This document shows, in pieces, positions 58,205 through 64,000 of a stretch of DNA of 64,000 nt (position 1 is the first letter of the stretch; each line of letters begins with the position of its first letter). Below the pieces are notes generated by a model that saw only the letters and a program-made list of their open reading frames with translations, did not search any database and was not told where the DNA came from. This DNA comes from Vulcanimicrobiota bacterium (GTDB lineage: Bacteria; Vulcanimicrobiota; Vulcanimicrobiia; Vulcanimicrobiales; Vulcanimicrobiaceae): positions 3,488,001-3,552,000 of the forward strand of contig OY970223.1 in assembly GCA_963714015.1 (NCBI GenBank), given 5' to 3'. The position numbers were made by a program, and so were the translations under genes.

Positions 58205-59412
58205 TGAGACTCTATCCTTTCGAAGATCGTCGTGATGCCTTGCCCGACGCCGATGCACATCGTCGCCACTGCATACCGGCCGCCGCGCCGGCGAAGCTCG
58301 TGCAGCAGCGTGGTCGCGATTCGAGCGCCGCTGGCGCCCAGCGGATGCCCGAGAGCAATCGCACCGCCGTTGACGTTCGCCTTCTCCGGCGGAATCTCCA
58401 GGTCACGAAGACACGCAATCGCTTGAGCCGCAAAAGCTTCGTTGATCTCGAACAGATCGATGTCGCTTACGCTCAGACCGGCTCGTTGCAGCGCCTTGCG
58501 CGTCGACGGGATCGGACCAAGGCCCATCACGTCCGGATGCACGCCCGCGCTTGCCGAAGCGACGACGCGGGCAATCGGTTTGAGGCCGAGCTTGCCGGCT
58601 GCTCCGCGCTCGGCCAGCAAGATCGCAGAAGCGCCGTCGTTGATGCCGGAAGAGTTGCCGGCCGTTACCGTTCCGCCCGGTCTGAAGGCCGGTTTGAGGC
58701 AGCCCAAACTCTCGAGACTCGTATCGGGACGCGGATGCTCGTCCGCCTTCACCTGGACGATTTCTTTGCCGCGCCGTACGTTCACGGCGACGATTTCCTC
58801 ATCGAAAGCGCCCCGCTCGAGCGCAGCTTTTGCGCGCATCTGCGATTCGTAAGCAAAACGGTCTTGCTGTTCGCGCGTAATACCGTAATCGCCGGCAACT
58901 TTTTCGGCAGTCTCGCCCAGCGATATCGGCGGATAGAGCTTCTGCATTCGCGGATTGATCATCCGCCATCCGATCGTCGTATCGAAAATCTCCGGCGCCC
59001 GATCGAACGCCTTCTCCGCCTTCAGCTGAACGAACGGCGCGCGCGTCATCGACTCGACGCCTCCGGCAATTACCACGTCGGACTCGCCCCACGCGATCGC
59101 GTGCGTTGCGGAGTTTACTGCCTGCAGGCTGCTGCCGCACAGGCGATTCATCGTAGCGCCCGGCACTTCTACCGGAAAACCGGCAAGCAGCGCCGCCATT
59201 CGGGCGACGTTGCGGTTATCCTCACCGCTTTGGTTGGCTGCGCCTAAAAAAACGTCGTCGATTCGCGCCGGATCGATTTCGTTGCGGTCGACGAGCGCGC
59301 GCAGGACCAGTGCAGCCAGATCGTCGGGACGCACGGATGCGAGCGCACCGCCGTAACGCCCGATAGGCGTGCGAACGGCGTCGACTACGACCACATCGCG
59401 ATCAACCGCCAA
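58201..59412 (-). CDS. paaJ: Thiolase (PaaJ/PcaF 3-oxoadipyl-CoA thiolase type)
   Basis: RTPIGRYGGAL, ANQSGEDNRNVARM, NRLCGS, NEAFA, GHPLGASG, MCIGVGQG. Confidence 0.85.
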   Translation of the reverse strand: MAVDRDVVVVDAVRTPIGRYGGALASVRPDDLAALVLRALVDRNEIDPARIDDVFLGAANQSGEDNRNVARMAALLAGFPVEVPGATMNRLCGSSLQAVNSATHAIAWGESDVVIAGGVESMTRAPFVQLKAEKAFDRAPEIFDTTIGWRMINPRMQKLYPPISLGETAEKVAGDYGITREQQDRFAYESQMRAKAALERGAFDEEIVAVNVRRGKEIVQVKADEHPRPDTSLESLGCLKPAFRPGGTVTAGNSSGINDGASAILLAERGAAGKLGLKPIARVVASASAGVHPDVMGLGPIPSTRKALQRAGLSVSDIDLFEINEAFAAQAIACLRDLEIPPEKANVNGGAIALGHPLGASGARIATTLLHELRRRGGRYAVATMCIGVGQGITTIFERIESQ

Positions 59413-61060
59413 ACAGGCCTCCCAGGATATGACGGTTTCCGCTCATCGGCTTTCCCGTAACGGCGCCTTCTTGCTCCGCCGTCTGCTCTGCATCTTCCGG
59501 CTCTTCCACATCCAAAACCCAAAGCGCCCGATGCGGCGCAAATTCGGCGCCCTCGGCCAAAGCGACCCGCTGCAGAATCCGCCGCACGCGGTCGCCGCCG
59601 ATTTCACGTCCCCATGCGATTGGACCCAGCGGATAGTTCGTTCCGAGGCGCATCGCGAGGTCGACGTCGTCCGCAGTCGCGATCCGGTCGTCGACCACGT
59701 ACATTGCTTCGTTGACCATCGAACCGATCGTCCGTCCGAGAAAGAGCCCCGGGCGATCTTCGACCAGCGCCACACGTTTGCCGATGGACTCGAAGACCTC
59801 CTGACCGAGCTCGAGGGTATCGTCGCTCACCTCGTCCGAATCGACGATCTCCACGACGTTCTGGCGTTCGAGAGAACTGAGGATTCCGTACCCGAGCAGG
59901 CGCTGCGGCGCACTCAAACGTTTTGCGGCAGCATGGAGATCGGTTGCATAAGCGTCGGCAAAGATTGCGCTCTCGGGCGGCAGCACGGAATCCAGTATTT
60001 CTAATAACGACGAGCGATCCGTAGCGCCGTCACCGACGTCGATCGCGATCGTCGAGTCGAGCGGAATCTGGTCGATTGTCTCTTCGTTCTCCCAAATCTG
60101 CACGTTCGCGAATGCCCGCGAGAGCATCTGCGCAAGATCCTGCGCCAAGCCGCCGAATCCGATGACTACGATACGCTCTTGCGCATTGCGCTGGGCGGAG
60201 GGCTCGGGCAATTCGTCGTCATGGACGGGCGGCCCGCCGGAATAATCGTAGAATCCCGCTTGCGTCTTGCGGCCCAGGCGCCCCTGCGCTACCAACTCTC
60301 GCTGCAGCTGCAGCGGCCGCAAGCGTTCCGCCTCCAGCCGTTCGAATACCGATTCAGAGGTAGCGAGATTGACGTCGAGCCCGATCAGATCCACGAGCTC
60401 GAACGGCCCCATGCGAAAGCCTGCGCCGCGAGCCAGCCGATCGAGATCTTCGATTGGGGCGACGCCGTCTTCGTAAGCGCGCATTGCCTGAAGGTAGTAC
60501 GGGCGCGCAATTCGATTCACGATAAATCCCGGCGTGTCGGCGGCAAGTACGGCAGTCTTTTGCAGTCGCGCTACGAACGATCGCGCCCTATCGAGAACGC
60601 CATCGCTCGTTTCGTCCGTATAGATGATTTCGACCAGCTTCATCAACTCGGGCGGATTGAAGAAATGCAGTCCGAGCACGCGCGAAGGGTCTTCGACGGA
60701 TTGCGCAATCGCCGCCACCGAGAGCGAGGAGGTATTCGTTGCCAGCAACGCTTCCTTGTCGAGTGAAGCCGCGAACGCGCGCAATGTCTGCTGCTTGAGA
60801 TCCATTCGCTCGGGTACCGCTTCGATCGCTAAGAATGCGGTCGTCGCCTGTATCGTCGAGTAATAGTTGACGCGTCCGGGAGCGTCGGGCTCATCGGCTC
60901 GCTGCGCCGCGCGCGCGATTCTTTGCTTGGCCCGATCCTGGGCCGCCGGATCGGGCTCGATCAAATCGACTTCGAAGCCCGCCTTCGCCGCGACGAATGC
61001 GATGCCGGCACCCATCGTTCCACCGCCGGCCACGACGACTCTGTCCATCGCGCCCATCAT
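59402..61060 (-). CDS. paaH: 3-hydroxyacyl-CoA dehydrogenase (PaaH-like, duplicated C-terminal domain)
   Basis: GGGTMGAGIA, EAVPE, ATNTSSLS, GLHFFNP, DTPGFIVNR, second domain AMRLGTNYPLGP. Confidence 0.85.
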   Translation of the reverse strand: MMGAMDRVVVAGGGTMGAGIAFVAAKAGFEVDLIEPDPAAQDRAKQRIARAAQRADEPDAPGRVNYYSTIQATTAFLAIEAVPERMDLKQQTLRAFAASLDKEALLATNTSSLSVAAIAQSVEDPSRVLGLHFFNPPELMKLVEIIYTDETSDGVLDRARSFVARLQKTAVLAADTPGFIVNRIARPYYLQAMRAYEDGVAPIEDLDRLARGAGFRMGPFELVDLIGLDVNLATSESVFERLEAERLRPLQLQRELVAQGRLGRKTQAGFYDYSGGPPVHDDELPEPSAQRNAQERIVVIGFGGLAQDLAQMLSRAFANVQIWENEETIDQIPLDSTIAIDVGDGATDRSSLLEILDSVLPPESAIFADAYATDLHAAAKRLSAPQRLLGYGILSSLERQNVVEIVDSDEVSDDTLELGQEVFESIGKRVALVEDRPGLFLGRTIGSMVNEAMYVVDDRIATADDVDLAMRLGTNYPLGPIAWGREIGGDRVRRILQRVALAEGAEFAPHRALWVLDVEEPEDAEQTAEQEGAVTGKPMSGNRHILGGLFGG

Positions 61061-61114
61061 TCGCTCGGCATCACCGGGGACCCGCCGCTCCGCGCGGGGA
61101 AACGGTCGCCCCGC

Positions 61115-61664
61115 ATGGACACGCCGCGGTGGCGAGTGATCGCCTCCTCCTACGTCATCGACACGCGCTTCCTTCGTCTACGCAAGGACACGATCGAGCT
61201 TCCCGACGGAACCATCATTGACGATTACTTCGTGCGCGAGAGCCGCGGCTTCGTCGTGGTGTTTGCTCTCACGCATGACGATCGCGTGATATTGGTTCGT
61301 CAGTACAAACATGGTGCGGGGCGCAGCCTGCTCGAATTGCCGGCCGGCGCCGTAGATCCCGGTGAAGAGCCGCTGCAGACTGCAACTCGCGAACTCGCCG
61401 AAGAGACCGGGTACCAAACTGAGTCGATGGAGTTCGTGCGTTCGTTCATTACCGATCCTACGAACTCCGATTCGGTCGCACACCTCTATCTCAGCTCGCA
61501 ACGCGCATCCCGCCGGTCCGCAGGATTTGGACGTTACCGAGGACATCACTGTGGAGCTCGTAACGCTGGACGGACTGCGCTCGCTCTTGAAGGACGGCAG
61601 CATCGAGGTGATGCCCCAGGTTGCCGCCATCTACGTCGCTCTCGACGCGATCGACGCGCGCTAA
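61115..61664 (+). CDS. Nudix hydrolase (ADP-ribose pyrophosphatase-like; +1 frameshift ~61492)
   Basis: Nudix box GAVDPGEEPLQTATRELAEETG; LVRQYK; C-terminus QDLDVTEDITVELV in a shifted frame. Confidence 0.88.
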
Positions 61665-61759
61665 GGGCGCGGCAAGGCGAACGAACGTTCGAAAAAACCA
61701 AAGACGCCCATTTGAGGCGTCTTTGGCTCGCTGCTGCAATCGTGAAGGGTTAGGTTATG

Positions 61760-61918
61760 CTAGGCGTAGGCGTCTACGCTCTTCCCTACGCCTATGGAGC
61801 CGAAGAGTTCGCCTGCGAGCGCACCTTCCAGGTTCTGCAGCGATTTGAGCACGCTGATGTTCACCTGGTCTGCAGTCGCCGTTTGTTCTAGTCCGGTACT
61901 TATGGAACCGACGTCCAC
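61760..61918 (-). CDS. YjfB-like putative motility protein, 52 aa
   Basis: Not in the ORF track. AAGGAG-N6-GTG; MDVGSISTGLEQTATADQVNISVLKSLQNLEGALAGELFGSIGVGKSVDAYA fits the YjfB pattern (MD..., VLK, G..vD.YA). Confidence 0.75.
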   Translation of the reverse strand: MDVGSISTGLEQTATADQVNISVLKSLQNLEGALAGELFGSIGVGKSVDAYA

Positions 61919-61959
61919 TCGGGTCTCCTTCGTGACTCCGGCCGAAACCGGTACTGAAT

Positions 61960-61987
61960 ATATCGGTACTACGGGGTAGAAACTTTA
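61960..61987 (-). promoter_or_regulatory. Sigma28 (FliA/SigD) promoter
   Basis: TAAAGTTT-N12-ACCGATAT upstream of the YjfB-like gene; consensus is TAAA-N15/16-GCCGATA(A/T). Confidence 0.7.
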
Positions 61988-62009
61988 CACGCCGAGGAGC
62001 CCCTATATA

Positions 62010-62186
62010 ATGATGAACACCTACCTTCGCCTGGTCGTCCTGGTCGTCGTCGTGCTGGTCGCACTCGCGGTCCTGCACTTCGTTCTGCCGCTGCTGATCA
62101 CGGCCGCGATCGTCGCCGCAATCATCGTCGGCGGGATCTTTGTGGTCAACCTGTTCCGGAAACAAACCCCTTCAGCAGGTCCGTAA
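62010..62186 (+). CDS. Small two-TM membrane protein, 58 aa
   Basis: GAGGAG SD; MMNTYLRLVVLVVVVLVALAVLHFVLPLLITAAIVAAIIVGGIFVVNLFRKQTPSAGP. Confidence 0.65.
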   Translation: MMNTYLRLVVLVVVVLVALAVLHFVLPLLITAAIVAAIIVGGIFVVNLFRKQTPSAGP

Positions 62187-62940
62187 GCGCGGCGGGCTCT
62201 TCCAACATGGGCAGGTGTCCACTGCCGCTCAGCAACTCCAGGCGGCCGCGCGGGAACGCGCGGCGCACCGCTTGCGCTTCTGCCGGCGGAACGATCTGAT
62301 CCGAGCCGCCGGCGGCGATCAGCACCGGCGTGAAGATATCCTCGGCTATGTCGTAGGACGCGGCGCGCTGCGCCATCCCGCGCAGCATCGCAGCCGCTCC
62401 TCGCGGGTCGTTCGCAGCGGCGATCTCTCGCGCGCGAGTGACGATCGGCGATCTCGCTTCGAGCGTTTCGGCTGAAAAAAGGCGCGGCACGTACGCATCG
62501 ACGATAGGCTCCATGCTATTGTCGCGTTCGGTTCGATCGGCCAGAATTTCGCGAGAACGTGCAATTTCCGGCGTGTCGGCGGCTAATCTGCTGCACACGA
62601 GGGCCAGCCGGTGCACGCGTTCGACGTACATCCGCGCGAACGCCATGGCGACGTATCCGCCCAGTGAATGACCGACGATGGTCGCGCCCTGGATCTGCAG
62701 CGCATCGAGAAGCGCCGCGATATCGGCGGCCAGCGTCTCCATCAGATACGGCCCCTCGGGAACACTCGATCGTCCCATACCGCGCAAATCCGGACGGATT
62801 ACTAGCGCGGATCGCGCGAGCTCGGCGGCTTGCGATTCCCAAATGTCCCGCGCGAGCGGGAAGCCGTGAATCAGCACAACCGCTTCGCCTTTTCCGTCGA
62901 TCTCGGCGTCAATCACCGCATCGTCAATCGTTACGCGCAT
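62146..62940 (-). CDS. Alpha/beta-fold hydrolase
   Basis: LIHGFP, DLRGMG, GHSLGG nucleophile elbow, GSDQI, SGHLP. Confidence 0.9.
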   Translation of the reverse strand: MRVTIDDAVIDAEIDGKGEAVVLIHGFPLARDIWESQAAELARSALVIRPDLRGMGRSSVPEGPYLMETLAADIAALLDALQIQGATIVGHSLGGYVAMAFARMYVERVHRLALVCSRLAADTPEIARSREILADRTERDNSMEPIVDAYVPRLFSAETLEARSPIVTRAREIAAANDPRGAAAMLRGMAQRAASYDIAEDIFTPVLIAAGGSDQIVPPAEAQAVRRAFPRGRLELLSGSGHLPMLEEPAALTDLLKGFVSGTG

Positions 62941-62970
62941 GTCCTCGAATCGCTCCGCGAGCTCCAAAAT

Positions 62971-62999
62971 TTGCGTTGCCGCCCGTAATTGTGTATAAC
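62971..62999 (+). promoter_or_regulatory. Putative sigma70 promoter of the histone-like gene
   Basis: TTGCGT-N17-TATAAC. Confidence 0.45.
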
Positions 63000-63054
63000 A
63001 TAGGCAACAACCCTGGTCGCCTTGCCGGCCAGAGAAAGGATGACTACGTCACAG

Positions 63055-63387
63055 ATGGCAGTCAAACGTGCTAGAAAAAAGGCAGCTGCTCGTAAAGGCA
63101 CTGCAAAGAAAACGGGAGCGCGCAAGCGCACCGCTCGCAAAGCATCGGCGTCAACCCGCAAGAAGAGCGGCGGACGCAAGAAGAGCAGCGGACGTAAGAA
63201 GACCGGCGGCCGTAAAAAGGCCGGCGGACGCAAAAAGACCGGCGGACGTAAAAAAACCGCAGGACGCAAAAAGACCGCAGGACGCAAAAAGACCGGTGGA
63301 CGCAAGAAAGCCGCTCGCAAGACCGCCCGCAAAGCTACGACCCGTCGTCGCAAGACCACTCGCCGGAAGAAGGCTGCAGCAGCCTAA
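63055..63387 (+). CDS. Histone H1-like Lys/Arg-rich protein
   Basis: MAVKRARKKAAARKG...; no acidic or aromatic residues; has its own promoter candidate and terminator. Confidence 0.8.
   Translation: MAVKRARKKAAARKGTAKKTGARKRTARKASASTRKKSGGRKKSSGRKKTGGRKKAGGRKKTGGRKKTAGRKKTAGRKKTGGRKKAARKTARKATTRRRKTTRRKKAAAA
63157..63300 (+). repeat. Eight tandem 18-bp coding repeats, RKK(S/T/A)(G/S/A)G
   Basis: Units such as CGCAAGAAGAGCGGCGGA and CGCAAAAAGACCGCAGGA with synonymous variation. Confidence 0.9.
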
Positions 63388-63408
63388 CATTCGTTCCGGT
63401 TTTTTTAT

Positions 63409-63439
63409 GCGCGTCGCCGCGGGCGGCGCGCTTTTTTTT
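63409..63439 (+). terminator. Intrinsic terminator
   Basis: GCGCGTCGCC-GCG-GGCGGCGCGC followed by T8. Confidence 0.85.
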
Positions 63440-63472
63440 GAAAGCGGCCGGGCAACTGTGAGCCTCGAGCGT

Positions 63473-64000
63473 TCAAACGGTTCGTAATATCGGACGCGCG
63501 AACCAAACGCAGATCGTCGCCAAAGCGCAAGCCGCGCCGGCGCCAAGGTACGCCGTGTGCAGGCCGGTTACGGAGGCGATGCTGCCCAGGATGAGTGCAC
63601 CGCCGGGGACGACGCCCAGCGCGACCATCGAGTAGACCGAGATCGCTCGGCCGCGAACGTCGTCGGGCGAAAGCGTTTGAATGAGCGTGTTCGACGCTCC
63701 CATGAACGTCATCGTGCCCATGCCGATGGTGAAGAGCAGCGGAAGCGCGAGCCAAAGGTTCCAGACGAAACCCAGCAGGCAGACTCCCACGGCCATCAGC
63801 AGTGAGGAGCCCACCCAAATCACGCCGCGCCGTTCGCGCGAGCCCAAATACGCGGTTACCAGCGCTCCGGCAAACCCGCCGACTCCGGTCGCGGCGATCG
63901 CAAGGCCGAGATCCTGCGCGTTGTAATGCAGCGTGTTCACGATGAATGCCGGAAGCAGCGTGCTGTACGGGCGGACCAAAATTGCGGTGACGACGTAAAT
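63473..64000 (-). CDS. MFS transporter, C-terminal part (start outside the window)
   Basis: TM helices with NTLIQTLSPDDVRGRAISVY. Confidence 0.85.
   Translation of the reverse strand: MYVVTAILVRPYSTLLPAFIVNTLHYNAQDLGLAIAATGVGGFAGALVTAYLGSRERRGVIWVGSSLLMAVGVCLLGFVWNLWLALPLLFTIGMGTMTFMGASNTLIQTLSPDDVRGRAISVYSMVALGVVPGGALILGSIASVTGLHTAYLGAGAACALATICVWFARPILRTV

Noticed and set aside
61794..61979. 61-aa plus-strand ORF
   Set aside because: Antisense shadow of the YjfB-like gene and its promoter.
63157..63300. 18-bp tandem repeats as CRISPR or non-coding VNTR
   Set aside because: No spacers, and the variation is largely synonymous, so the repeats are coding.

Overview
64-kb GC-rich bacterial chromosomal window with no prophage, integrase, transposase, CRISPR array, rRNA or tRNA that I can recognise. 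A TonB-dependent receptor and a secretin indicate a diderm envelope. The gene style resembles Candidatus Eremiobacterota/Vulcanimicrobiota, but that is inference only. Left to right: two secreted DUF11-type proteins; a complete 14-gene nuoA-N operon (minus strand) with a Rex/CRP-type operator at its start; a lipoprotein, K+ channel, CDO-like cupin, trypsin-like protease and hflX; a cobalamin riboswitch with btuB-btuC-btuD and a divergent btuF; a SpoIIE-type phosphatase; pgm, a tandem dynamin-like protein and nagA; pstSCA; a TauE exporter; secretin, cysK, asparaginase II and metH; multicopper oxidase, MBL-fold nuclease, Lrp and ATP-dependent DNA ligase; a papain-family protease facing a chagasin-like inhibitor; a PaaX-regulated BoxB/crotonase/ALDH/thiolase/3-hydroxyacyl-CoA dehydrogenase aromatic-CoA cluster; a Nudix hydrolase, a sigma28-driven YjfB-like gene, an alpha/beta hydrolase, a histone-H1-like protein and a partial MFS transporter. 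About 14 genes or gene segments carry apparent +1 frameshifts, most likely sequencing errors. The most unusual signal is the 457-bp gap between nuoD and nuoE. It holds two back-to-back ~200-bp copies of a structured element with ~52-bp self-complementary arms that differ between copies, and a shared core with compensatory base changes, GGA loops and an invariant 11-mer.
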